Below are positions 24,694 through 37,254 of a DNA stretch of 64,000 nucleotides, one piece after another (position 1 is the stretch's first letter; each line of letters begins with the position of its first letter). Made by a program: the position numbers and the translations under genes. The notes beneath the pieces were generated by a model. The model was given only the letters and a program-made list of their open reading frames with translations. It made no database searches and was not told where the DNA came from. This stretch comes from Macrostomum lignano (Eukaryota). Location of the stretch: assembly GCA_002269645.1 (NCBI GenBank), contig NIVC01003098.1, positions 1 to 64,000 of the forward strand, in the 5' to 3' direction.

Positions 24694-25329
24694 GGAAGTG
24701 CTTATCCCCACGGTCCCATTCAGATAATTCCAATTTTATCCACACAGATCTGTGTCAATAATTTCTAGCTTATCCCCATAGCAGCTTATTGAAATAGCTA
24801 CCACCATTCAAGTCTATAGGCTATGTCAATACTTCCAATTTTATCCACACAGATCTATGTCGATATTTTCCAGCTTAACCCCATGGCAGCTTATTGGAAT
24901 AAAGAAACCTTAAAATGAAACTGTTCAAAAACTGTCTTTTAGTTTTTGACTGTTTTACAAATCTTCCAAATAAACTATAAGTATTTAATACTAAATAATA
25001 TCAAGTACTTTATTAAAAATTTTCGTCATTAAAAAGGTTAATTTTAAATATTTGCTTAGCTGCTGGCTTTGCTTAAAATGACCAAACAACCCAAAGATCA
25101 AGCCGAATGAGACTTGCAAAATTCAAAATGATATAATATTACTAATAATAATGACAATATCAATTTAATATCAGTATAATGTCAGTACACAAAACTAAAC
25201 ACAAACAACTGCATAATCTTAGCCATGGGGTCCACATGGTGGGGAATGGGGATAAGCTAAAAATTATTGACAGATCCGTATAGATAAAATTGGAATTATT
25301 GGCATAGGACCATAGGGATAAGCACTTCC
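24694..25329. mobile_element. MITE with ~85-bp TIRs
   Basis: ggaagtgcttatccc ... gggataagcacttcc; TIR segment tandemly duplicated at 24826-24900; no clear TSD. Confidence 0.7.
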
Positions 25330-25705
25330 TATTTGGTTGGCATTTTAAAGAATGGTATAGCTATCTAAAATTATATATAAAATAGGCCTAACCATATCAT
25401 ATCATTTACCATATAAAAAAGTTAGGCCTAAAAAAATACAAACAAAAATTTGTTAGAGCCTTGCCTAGGCCTTATTTTATTGACTAATTATTAAACACAT
25501 GAATTTTTATTTCTGAAATCAATCATTTCTATTAGCCCCTCCTATATATTTAAAATGTAACAATATAAATGTAATAAAGAGAAATCCAAACCATGGCATT
25601 TTTAAAGTACTAGACTACAAGATCTAGACTGCATAAATAAACTAAATAGGCCTAACCATAAAGTAAAAAAATTGATAAAGAGGCATTATTATGTACACAT
25701 ATTTA

Positions 25706-25897
25706 CACTCAGCAACAGTCAATACTGTGACCCTAGAAGTAGGGCCTAGAAACAGTGCGCCTGGGCGAGAGTTGGAGAACCTTGCATCATTGCAATGTCA
25801 GTACGCAGTAGGCCCCCCTAGGCCTACTCCCGATAGTTGGCTGAAGTCAATCGCTTGGCCAATTATTTAAGGTTGCAGTTTTGACTGTTGCTGAGTG
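25706..25897. mobile_element. Tc1/mariner-type MITE, TA TSD
   Basis: TA|CACTCAGCAACAGTCAA ... TTGACTGTTGCTGAGTG|TA. Confidence 0.8.
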
Positions 25898-25914
25898 TAT
25901 GATAGGAACTAGGG

Positions 25915-26277
25915 CCAGGGTTTTTTGTGCGCAGAGTGTGCGTATGCACCCTAAATTTTAAAATCGCACCCTGAAATTAAAAAGTAGGTGCGGTTTAGGT
26001 GCGGTCTTATAACCATTTTTCTTTAAAGGCTTAACCATGCTTAAGCTATTTTTTATGCACTGCCTTAAAATATGAAACAAAATAACTCTTTAAATCCTTT
26101 TAAGTCATATAGGCGATATAGCCTATGGCTATAGCCTTATGTAAGATATTAAAATATACATTCCCAGTTGTCTGAAACAAGATTCAAGAGAAATTGCACT
26201 CTGAGCCTTAAAATCGCACCTTGAAATTTGGCACAAGGTGCGATTTCGCACCTTGCCTCTGGCGAAAAAAAACCCAG
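25915..26277. mobile_element. hAT-like MITE
   Basis: 8-bp direct repeat aactaggg at 25907-25914 and 26278-26285; imperfect TIR ccagggtttttt / aaaaaaacccag; internal gcacc/ggtgc motifs. Confidence 0.65.
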
Positions 26278-27324
26278 AACTAGGGTTGTTAAGTCGTCAT
26301 TCATTCCGTATCCAAATCCACATTCCACGAATACGAAACAGCAATACCACTTTAGGCGATATTTTACTTTAGCACTACGTAATGCTCAATTAATATATAA
26401 TGTGAAGAGCCGTATAGTTTTTAGTTTGATGCATTTGACAAAGTAAGATTAATACTAATAGTTAATATCAATGCCTAATTAAATATGCAAATGATTTACA
26501 AAACAAAATCTCACGCCTGATAGAAACAAGTGTCAAGTAACAACATACAGTGGTCAGTGAGAAAAGTATGCGGTGTACTTTTTCATGTCTATTGGAACTT
26601 TTAAGGATATGCAATAAATTTTGCATGTCTCTTAACTTACGCGTATTTCATTACTTATATCTACGCAAATCTCGAGCTCTATTTAGGTACCGCAATATGT
26701 ATCTTAATCTAAATATTGTATTTGTTATACCGACTTGTTTCACATTTAAAATAAAGAATAAATTTAAGCTATTGACAAGTCCGCGATTCTGATGCGAGCG
26801 CGGGCTTCGCCCCAGCAGGACTACACAATAAAACAAGTAGGTTTTCTAATAATTTTTTGTAATGGGCTCATAAAATTACTGATTGAATCTGTTTCTTTTG
26901 CTATCTTTTTTAAGCTCGTACTGTATTGTGTTAACCGCGCAGCGTTCCTGACGTCTATCGACGTATATGTATACTTTTACATTACATCGACGGATAAGGA
27001 CGTCATGCATACGTCGGCTGAGCAGGCCCAGTCGGTGTAATGCACAAATTTTCAGTGACGTCGAGTAAACAAACAAACAGCCCTGCTGACTGTAGCAGCT
27101 CCTTGGAGGGGCAGCTGTGGATGACGGTTGTCTTTGAGCTGCGGGTTGATGGTGTAGGATTAGTTTCGGCTTCTCGGAACCGGTCGAGGGATTTATTACT
27201 GCATGAGACCATGCACTGCGCATTGGTATGTGTAGTCTTCGAAGTTGGTGGTAGGTACCCAGGCGCTTTTCTTGATGCCGTAGTCATGCTCAAAACTTCT
27301 CTCGGATAGCGAAAGGGACTGGTT

Positions 27325-28800
27325 TAAGCTTCCGGAACACCGGTTTATTTTCCGAGCTGAACTTTAACGCAAGTTTAACTTGAAGTCCTTGTGAAATCCC
27401 AGTTCGTTTTTCCAGAGGTCCGGGAAACGACTTGACTTAGCTGCAGCTAGGGGGCATCCGGCGGATGCAGCGAGGAGGCGAAGGAGACCGCCCATTCCGC
27501 TAGCCCCTGGCGACCAATGACTTCCATCGAAGTGATGTCGCTCAGGGGGACCCATCGGTCTCGCTTGCAGCGCGGTCCTCCTCACCGGCGGTGGGGAAGA
27601 AATCAGCTCGTCCCGTGTCCCTGAGGCACCGCTCCTCGGGTACTTGGCCCTGAAGGAAGCGGTGGCGAGAGAAGCAGCCATGCCCGGAGAGGGCCATGCT
27701 AACTGCTCTGAGGTCTCTGCGGTTGAGCCTGAGGAGGGCTCTACGCAGGAGAGGAGAGGGGCAGGGAACGGAAACACAGGATTGCCTACAATTCCGGGTG
27801 TCGTGCCACCTGCGGAGATGCTCGGAGTCAGTCCAGCGCTTAACACGGGAGTTGATCACCGAGGCGGGGATGGGGGCCCCTGGGCCCGGCCCCAGCAGCG
27901 CACCGGCGGAGCCAGCCTTGGCCAGCATGTCAGCGCGCTTCGCCTTCGGCGCAGCTCTGCCGCACAGGAGCTGATGGCAGAGGTCCGGGAAATCGTACGC
28001 AAAATTTTGGCTGGCCTTTTGGCTTTTCCTATAAACGTGTGACCAGTTCAGCCTGTGGTCCAGGGTAATCTCTAGACATTTAGTCTCTGCTTGCAGAAGG
28101 GGATTTCCCTTCCGTAAAGCGTTAGCGGCCGAATCTGCCACTTGGTTCTGCTAGTGAACATAATCGCTGCCGTCTTAGTCTCAGAGAGCGCTTAGACCAC
28201 AACAACGATCCGCCCATTGCTCAGCGGCGTAAATGAAATTTTCAAGAAGGTCCCTGCATGAATGTATCAGGGGACGGACGAGACGCCACCGCGGTGACAT
28301 CGTCCGCATATCCTACTTTCAGAATGAGGTCAAGCCGAGCATCCCGAAGGACCTCGTCGATGACCATATTCCAGAGAGCCAGCGGTTCCCGAAGGCCCCG
28401 ACCGCGCTGATGGCAGGTTTGCTGGGTGGTATACCAGTAGGGGTTTTTTTCCTGCTGGAGGGGTCGCTGTGGTTCCTTTTGGCCCGTCAGCACCCTCGCC
28501 CTCCCGAGGTTCTCCCTTCGCAGGTGGCCGGTGGCCGTCTTCCTTCTCCCATGTCCCGTTGTCGCCGCCGCCGCTCATTGCGGCGTTGGTTTCAAGCTCG
28601 TCGGGCCTCTGCGGAGGGCCCAGGTGCGCGTGCGGGCTTGTCGCTGATGGGGGCGGCACTGCAGGCGCCGGGATCACCGGCTGCAGTTGCCGGGGTCCCG
28701 GCTTCAGCGGGATGATTAGGGGCGGTGAATGCCATGGCTGAAAGCGGGAACGAGTGAGCAGAGTCACAAAGTGAAGGAAGAAAGAAAGAAAATGTGTTCG
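27325..28800 (-). mobile_element. Degenerate non-LTR retrotransposon (R1/LOA-like), internally deleted
   Basis: RT fragments ALWNMVIDEVL..KVGYADDVTAV and TKCLEITLDHRLNWSH; C-terminal SGHGCFSRHRFLQG..C typical of R1/LOA ORF2; AATAAA-like 3' end near 27345; ORF1-like start MAFTAPNHP at 28736. Confidence 0.8.
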
Positions 28801-30764
28801 TCCCTTTGTCGGCGATAAAAGCCGACATGGGTTGCTTAAATTTATAATTGAGTAGATAGGGACAGGACGATATTTTTGAGATTTGGATAAAAATTCTCAT
28901 TGAATATAAATAGGAGTAGATGTGTATGTTCAAAAAAATTTCCGGATCGACAAGATCACACACAATTTTCACATTAGCTTCTATGGTCACATAATTGGTT
29001 AATGAGTGGCCCATCTTGTGTATATGATCTTTGGTTTATACTATAAATTGAGATTCCCAACTACTTTGTGGCAGTCCGGCCTAGCAGATTCAAGCGGGGC
29101 ACCTGTGTGACTGTGTACTGTTGGGATGTCGTACTCAGCACATGAACCAGGTAGTGTCGTTTTCCCGACGAAATTCCCTAGTTCAGGCAAGTTGTGTCGC
29201 CGGCAGCCTCTTCCAGAAATATCCACCGATGAAGTTGCCGTTTTTTGCAGTGTTGACTTCAATTTTGAGAGCCTCACGTTGAGTTTAAATCGACTCGTTC
29301 AGCTTCGGCGGGTCGTCCTTAGTACGAGCCATGGCATGTATGAGCACGTGCTCCTGATCGGCCAATTGTTACATTGGCTTCTTGAGTTTCCGGGACTGAT
29401 TGCTGGTGATATCGTACTGATCCTTCATGAAAGCCACGATCTGGTCCATCAAAAGTTATCGTTGACGTACTTGGGTGGAGTCTGCTGAGCAGCAAGTTTC
29501 AGCAGTTTGTAGTTAGTTAGCGTCCGATTCGTCAGAAATCATTCCTCTGGGATGGAGTTTGATCAGATGGTTTGATCATGACTTACTCGGTCATATGTTT
29601 GGAGTAACTTGATGCCTCTCTCAGCGACCTGTCGTTGCAGAGTAGTGTTGTCCTCCTTGCGACGCCAGCGACGCCAGAAAAACCGCCCGTCGTATCTTTG
29701 GGTAAATGATCGACGAACAGAATATCCCAAATTATCAATGTAGTTCAGGCCGTTGAGAATTTTGCTCGGCAGCATATCGGCACGACATATTGAGCATGCA
29801 AATGTATGCACTGTAAGTTCAATAATTCTATAGTGTAGTTACACGTAAGCTCCAGTACAGGTATTTTCACCTTAGAAAGTTAATTTTACATTGTCGCCGT
29901 TTTGTTCTGTGGACTTTATATATACATGCACGAGATACGTATGCGTCCTTGCTCGGTTGTTTCGGATCATGAATCAGGCCATGATTGATATATTTATCAA
30001 ATGCAATGGACCAAAGCAAAGATCATCCGAGAGATCTCAGTTCTTATTGATGTAGCTATATACGTTTTAATAAATAGAGTCTATGATAAATTGAGTCGCA
30101 TGCATTCATTTTGTGTATCAGTCGTCAGGCCAGACATATATCTTATACTACAATATAATTAAGTGTATATTTAGTCAAGGACCACTAGAGCACGAGCCCT
30201 GGGAAATCTGCGGTTACAATAAGCTCAGATATAATAAGCTGCATTGATTGAAAACGCATAGTATGCATTGATAATTGTACCTGAGGGAATTGCACGTGCA
30301 GGATGAAGGAATCGTTGAAAAGCTACCTGTGTATCTCGCTATTGGGCAAGCCATCCATGGCCTATGGGCTAGCTGGCCTAGGCTGAATATTGAAGCTCAA
30401 GAAGCTTAAAATAAAATGCAAGCAACGACTATAGGCCTTCTCCAATTTGCAAGTCTAATTAGTACTTTAATTCTAATTAAATTGCTTCAAGCTCTGCTAC
30501 AAGTACATGTACAGACTAGCAAGCTACACATACACTTGTGTAGAGGGCATCATTATTCGCAAACTATAACTTCGTCTACTGTAATCAATTTGCTGTGAGT
30601 AAATTATACGATTTCGAACAAACAGGCCAAGTTAGAATAGTGGTATAGTATACATAATAGTTTAACAAAAATGGTTGAAAATGATCCAATGTGTTTCAAG
30701 CTGGAACTGGTTTGGACAGGAATGCCGAGCCGCGACATAGGAAATCCTTTTGTGGAGATCCTCC

Positions 30765-30968
30765 TACGGGAAACCCACCGACGGGAAATCCCCCAGCGGG
30801 AAATCCTCCAACGGGAGACCCTGCTACGGGAACCCCTAGCTCCTACGGGAAATCCTCCAACGGGAAATCCTCCAACGGGAAATCATCCTGCGGGAAATCG
30901 TCCTACGGGAAATACTTCTGCTGTAAACCCTCGCATTGGAAATTCCTCAGTGGGAAATCCTCCAGCGG
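30765..30968. repeat. Degenerate 15-bp repeat (acgggaaatcctcca)
   Basis: Direct reading. Confidence 0.7.
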
Positions 30969-31500
30969 CAGACCCTCATAGACCTGATCAATGACCATTT
31001 CTTGGTATGACAATTATTCGTTTGATTGTTTCATAACTCAAGAAAATATAACTTTCTTTCACTGTAGTTATAAGCCAGGAAGCGTGTCTCTTCGGCTATA
31101 TATATGCTTCAATACCCACACAGAAGCGTGCTAGGTTATAGACATGCCCAGATATATGGTGCCAGCCTAACAAATGGATCAGGCGAGCGTGTATGAGCGT
31201 AAAAATAATTCAACATGACAACGAAGTGTAGAGTCTGAAAGCATTCAATTAAGTTTGCTAGCCAGTATAGTTTTTCCTCACCGAATACACAGCTGCAGCT
31301 CGGTTTCGGACGCTTGTGTTGTGACTGTGGAACATGTAATGTATAGTAAGGCCAACTACTCTTAGCGAATTTTCGACTTAAGGCCACGTGTAATGATCAA
31401 GGTCGTTAGCACTCGGCAGTTAGTTGACACAGCACAGAATTTACTAATCCATGGAAGGCCGCAGTTTTTTATTGGAGGCCGCGTCTCTGGGGGAGGGGGC

Positions 31501-32345
31501 ATTTAATTTGGCAGGGCCCCATTTCATCTGACACGGAGCCATTTCACCTGAAAGGGTGCCATTTCATTTGACAGGGGCGCCATTTCATCTGACGAGGAGC
31601 CATTTCATTTGACAGGGCGCCATTTCATCTGACAGGCGCCATTTCATCTGACGTGGAGCCATTTCATTTGACAGGGCACCATTTCATCTGACAGACGCCA
31701 TTTCATTTGACAGGGCGCCATTTCATCTGACAGGTGCCATTTCATCTGACATGGAGCCATTTCATTTGACAGGGCACCATTTCATCTGACAGACGCCATT
31801 TCATTTGACAGGGCGCCATTTCATCTGACAGGCGCCATTTCATCTGACAAGCGCCATTTAATTTGACAGGGCGCCATTTCATTTGACAGGGCGCCATTTC
31901 ATTTGACAGGGAGCCATTTCAGGGAGCCATTTCATTTGACAGGGCGCCATTTCATCTGACGAGGAGCCATTTCATTTGACAGGGCGCCATTTCATCTGAC
32001 AGGTGCCATTTCATCTGACAGGCGCCATTTCATCTGACAGGCGCCATTTCATCTGACAGGCGCCATTTAATTTGACAGGGCGCCATTTCATTTGACAGGG
32101 CGCCATTTCATTTGACAGGGAGCCATTTCAGGGAGCCATTTCATTTGACAGGGCGCCATTTCATCTGACGAGGAGCCATTTCATTTGACAGGGCGCCATT
32201 TCATCTGACAGGCGCCATTTCATGACAGGCGCCATTTCATTTGACAGGGCGCCATTTCATTTGACAGGGCGCCATTTCATCTGACAGGCGCCATTTCATC
32301 TGACAGGCGCCATTTAATTTGACAGGGCGCCATTTCATCTGACGT
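31501..32345. repeat. 19/20-bp minisatellite (gggcgccatttcatttgaca)
   Basis: Direct reading. Confidence 0.93.
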
Positions 32346-32546
32346 AGCAATATCAGGCAACCGTTTTCGAGCCAGCTGCGGCAATAAAAAGTAATAATTG
32401 CTCTTTGAAAAATTCCGCACAATTGCCTTTCTAAGGAAGTTTCTCTCCCATTGACTGAATTTCCATTGTAATAGGGAGGATAAAATGAGAAAGAAGTCTT
32501 CTTCCCGTTTCAATAGACTCTTTCCTGAGCTGATGAACAATTTTAG

Positions 32547-33664
32547 ATTTCCACATGCCCATGGGCCCGTGCCTGTGCCGAGAACCGCCAGACAATACCC
32601 CCACGACCCCGCCGCTGCGTCAAGAAATCGGCCCGGCGGAGGCGGCAGCAGCCGGGTCCGCTCTGATTTCAGCTATCGATGACAGCAACGAAGAGTCGCG
32701 CAGTCGACGGTCGAGCAAGTATTGTCGGCAAACATCGACGGAAGGGTCTGGCCAATGTTTTATTGATGCATGTACAATGTCTTATAGTAGTTTCAGATCC
32801 CCCTCACAAGTGGCAACGTGAGTCGGAGAGAATCTCGATCAATAAGTATCAATTTCATATTTTCCTCATAAATCTATAAGTTCCATTGTTTATTCAATGC
32901 TATGACTTTTATGCTCATAATGAGCATGGGGCGTAGACAAGATTTTTTATTGGGGGTACTATTGTACGCGGGGGCGCCAGCACCAAGTGGCGCCAGCACC
33001 AAGGGGCGCCAGCACCAAGGGGCGCCAGCACCAAGTGGCGCCAGCACCAAGGGGCGCCAGCACCGAGGGGCGCCAGCACCAAGGGGCGCCAGCACCAAGG
33101 GGCGCCAGCACCAAGTGGCGCCAGCACCAAGGGGCGCCAGCACCGAGGGGCGCCAGCACCAAGGGGCGCCAGCACCGAGGGGCGCCAGCACCAAGGGGCG
33201 CCAGCACCGAGGGGCGCCAGCACCAAGGGGCGCCAGCACCAAGGGGCGCCAGCACCAGGGGGCGCCAGCACCAAGGGGCGCCAGCACCAGGGGCGCCAGC
33301 ACCAGGGGGTGCTAAATCGCCGTGAATTTTTGCCAGCTTAGCTATCATAGGAGGCGCAGCCCACTTTGCCCTCCCCCTGGCTACGCCCCTGATACGAACT
33401 GGAAGGGTGGCGGCCTTAAGAATCAGGATTGAATGCGCAGACTGCTAACTCGCTAACTGACCCCTCAAAAACGCAATCTCCAGGTGCCCAACAGCTTCAG
33501 TCACGGAGCTGCCAGTATTCGGGCAGATTCCCGACAGCCTGCCGGAGGACGAGCGACGCGAACTCAAGACCTTGGAGGGCTTGGTCATTAGCGGCTTCCT
33601 GTCGTTGGAAAAGTACCAAGAGATTAGCTCGGCGATCATCGAAGCCGAGGCGGATGCCGATTAG
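32547..33664 (+). CDS. Putative two-exon 3' fragment of an unknown gene; SHOCT-like C-terminus
   Basis: ttttag|32547-32718|gtattg and ctccag|33484-33664(TAG) join in phase 2: ..SRRSSK/CPTASVTELPVFGQIPDSLPEDERRELKTLEGLVISGFLSLEKYQEISSAIIEAEADAD*. GC-rich coding-like islands separated by a repeat-bearing intron; upstream exon not found. Confidence 0.4.
32925..33391. mobile_element. hAT-like non-autonomous element carrying a 16-bp array
   Basis: catggggcgtag ... gctacgcccctg TIR-like ends; TSD not clean. Confidence 0.5.
32971..33310. repeat. 16-bp minisatellite (ggggcgccagcaccaa)
   Basis: Direct reading. Confidence 0.93.
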
Positions 33665-35017
33665 CCGCTAATAACGATAGTGACTCTCCCTTGGACTAAT
33701 TTATGAGCAAAAGCAATCTTCTTGAGGGACCTCTGACAGTAAAAAAATAGACATTTCGCTAAAAGCCGGTTGAAATTTTTCAGACTGTTAGCACTAATTC
33801 TGCTCGAGGTGCACTCACAAGGTTATCAAGCTATTATTTTTAAAATGCTACCCGGAGACGGGCAAGCAAGCAAAGTTCCGAAAAATTGCAGCTGCTCCTG
33901 TCTCTGTGGTGTTTTTTTTCCAGACGGATTTGTCTATGGCCAAATCCTAAACAGCGCTGTGCGAAACAGCAATTTTTTGCGAAATTTCGAGTGCAAAGCT
34001 GTGAGTGCACCTTGCGATGCAGCGGTCTTCTGCTTCAGTTGTCTTACGAAGATGTATAGCACTTCACAAAGATTTGTACATTTCTAATCTGAACTTTCGA
34101 AGAATTACTTCGAAATTAATTCAAGTGAACCGTTCCTGTATCTTACGAGTAGTTTAGCACGTTCATAAAAAATCAAAAAATAATTTTTTACCCTTACTAC
34201 ATACTACTCAGCCTAACAATTAGCAGCATGCGGTTTGAACTGAAATAAAGAAAGAAATCGTCCTCAAACTGACATGATACTTCTTTTTCTGCAACTAGTA
34301 ATCTGTTACAATACTAGTACTGCGATTGCATCTGCTTTATTTTAAATATTATAGAATGCAAATTCGATAAATTAACAACTAACCAATGAACTAAAGATGA
34401 AACTTATCAACGCGCATTGGGAGGCTGGTGAATCGGCTGCTCTTAGACTAGCAGCGCCATGTAGCAAAAGCACTGAGTCTCACGACTCACACATGCCATT
34501 TTTAGAGTGCATATGTTCTTAAGCTACTTTCAATTCAGTAGTATCATCCTTTCAGACTTTTTATTATATATTTCTCTGCCCCCAATTTTATTGCCGGCCG
34601 TCCTGACTTGGGGTGGGGGAGGGGGTAAAGCTGCCATGTACATTATCTTGCCGCACTGGCTAATGTACATTGTTCCCGCGCTGATAACAAAGTGTGTCAC
34701 GTGATTCTCTCTCCCTTCCACCCTTCCACCCCGCCGCCTAAATTTTTATTGCCTTCCTTGGTATTCCAGCCTAGAACTGCTATGATATGCACATTGCAGT
34801 GGTGCTGGCTAATGTACAATATTATGGATGAACCAATTAGAAAGTTGTTTACGTCTACAAGCTTTTTTGGGTTCAAAACCTAATCGAGTCATCATACTAA
34901 CTGGCGGCTCAACTAGTTATCTTAGTATCTGGTTGGGGAAAATAGCTACAAATTTCTAGCACTTGCTACTGAATGGGAAGTAGCATAAAACATGTGTGGA
35001 AAAATTCGGTTGCTAAA

Positions 35018-35587
35018 TCAAGCGGCAGCGGATTCGGCCTCCTTGCCAACGTAGAAGCTCTGCCGGAGACCCAGCATGCCAGGCTGATATTTCGGCGGCG
35101 GCTGGGCCACCTCCGGCCGCAGGTCGGTCAGCATGCAGCGCTCGCGGAAGGCGGCCAGCTGGTTGCGAAATTTGGCCCGTTCCCGGCGGCGCTTGGTCTG
35201 GCCGGGGCCTTTCAGGTAGGCCGGCGGCGATCGGCGCTTAAGCTGCAGCAGCCGGCCGCCCATGTAGTAGGTGGCCAGGTCCCGCAGCCGTTCAGCGCCG
35301 TCCGAGTCTACGTCGTCCGAGGCGTCCTCGGAGCCGCTGTCGGCGCCGCGCACCTGACCATCAGAGGGTGAGGCGAGCACCCGTGGCCGATCGCCGACGA
35401 ATTCGACAACGTGCAGGCGCTCCCGATCGGCCAGGTGCTGAAACGATTCCTGCTGGCGTAGGATGCGAAAGAAGGCGCGCATGATGGCCTTGTAGTTGAC
35501 GCTGCCTTCCACCTGAGGTTGTGGGGGGAGAGGGAGGGGTATCACGATGGCTGCAACAGAGCACTTACGGTGGCTGGATGGATAGAT

Positions 35588-35635
<48 letters not shown>

Positions 35636-37163
35636 TTAGATAGATAGATAGATAGATAGATAGATACTAGACAGGCAGACAGTCCTGACCTTAGCGTACA
35701 GATCCTCAATGCCGATGACCCGGCAGACCTCCTTGATGAGCCGGTGGCAGCGTAGGCCGTAGCCGGGCTCCTTGGGCAGGGCCACCACGCTAGTGGCCAG
35801 GTGCTTAGCGTATCCCGGATGCCACAGAGTCCGGCCGCCGTCGCGCAAATCAAAGAACTCCAGCCGCTGGCCAGCCCTGCTGTTGGCTTTGCGCAGGGCG
35901 GCCTGTCTGTTAGGCGACTTGCTGACCGCGTAGCCACCCAGGCCGCGCCGGTTGCCGGTGACCACCATGACCGAGAAGCTGGGGTAGCGGCCGAACGTGG
36001 CCGTCATGTGCGACACCATTCGAAACTCCACGATTCGCGATTCGAATCCGTCGAACGCGTAGTCCAGCACCGGCTGCGGCGGCTCGATCCGCTGGCCGCC
36101 CATCTGCGGGGTTGCGGCGCGAGGGTGTTTATTGACTGCCCTATCCCTTTAAGTTGCAACTATAGTACTGTAGTTACTATAGTAATAACTGGATGGGCCA
36201 TTTGGGATAGCGATATTTGCCAGCTAGACATTTTCAGCTTGAAATTTACCAGCTAGACATTTGCCAGCTAGAGATTATTCAGCTAGACATTTGCCAGCTA
36301 GAGATTATTCAGCTAGACATTTGCCAGCTAGAGATTATTCAGCTAGACATTTGCCAGCTAGAGATTATTCAGCTAGACATTTGCCAGCTAGAGATTATTC
36401 AGCTAGACATTTCCAGCTTGAAATTTACCAGCTAGATATTTGCCTGCTATAAATTTGCCAACTGGAGATTATTCAGCTAGACATTTGCCAGCTAGAGATG
36501 ATTCAGCTAGACATTTCCAGCTTGAAATTTACCAGCTAGATATTTGCCTGCTATAAATTTGCCAACTGGAGATTATTCAGCTAGACATTTGCCAGCTAGA
36601 CTGGATTTAGTTATGTGCAAGTTTAACTCACGAGTCAATTGAATGTATGGGCTCTACAGCTACATATACAGCCTAGTTAGGTCTTGACATAGAAAACAGA
36701 CACCCACCTGACCGCCGGACCAGCCGCGCAGCAGAGGCGGCTGCTTCAACCTGCCCCGCTTCTTGCCCTGCTTGTTTCGCATCTCCAGAATTCTTTCATT
36801 GTATTTCTCCATGTCGAACTGGCCAGGCTCCGGGCGTTTCAGCAGGCCTTTGCTGTCTGTGAGGCGGCCCTGCAGCACCGGGATGACCAGGCCCTGGGTG
36901 TTCACGCCCAGCTGCTGGCCCCGGTTCAAGTCAATACGGGGCCGGGTGACCCGGCGCTTGCCTCGGCTTCGCTTTTTCTTCTGGCCGGGCGCGCCGGTGA
37001 CACCGATCCACAGGCGGTCGGAGTCGTACAGGTTGCGAGTGAAGACGCTGGAGCAGCGGCTTAGCACTAAACTGGACTGTTTAACTGCACTGAATGCGCC
37101 GGCTGAGGGTGCCGAGGCTCGGGATACAAGGCTGCTCAATGCTGTGCTCAGCGAGCGGAGCAT
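35018..37163 (-). CDS. MRPS5: Mitochondrial ribosomal protein S5 (uS5m)
   Basis: Exons 37163-36708, 36103-35690, 35512-35018; 454 aa. Ser/Ala/Arg-rich presequence; motifs [66 protein letters not shown]. Confidence 0.93.
35581..35665. repeat. (GATA)n microsatellite
   Basis: MRPS5 intron 2. Confidence 0.95.
36214..36600. repeat. 30-bp (2x15) minisatellite (agctagacatttgccagctagagattattc)
   Basis: MRPS5 intron 1. Confidence 0.92.
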
Positions 37164-37254
37164 TTCACCGGCATCAATAGCGATATTAACATAACAGGCC
37201 TTAAGTAGGATCTTACGATACAATAGAATTAAAAACCATATTCAGTAAAACCTA

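Noticed and set aside
30671-30994. TGNPP-repeat ORF as the upstream exon of the orphan gene
   Set aside because: Derived from a degenerate 15-bp repeat; no phase-compatible donor identified.
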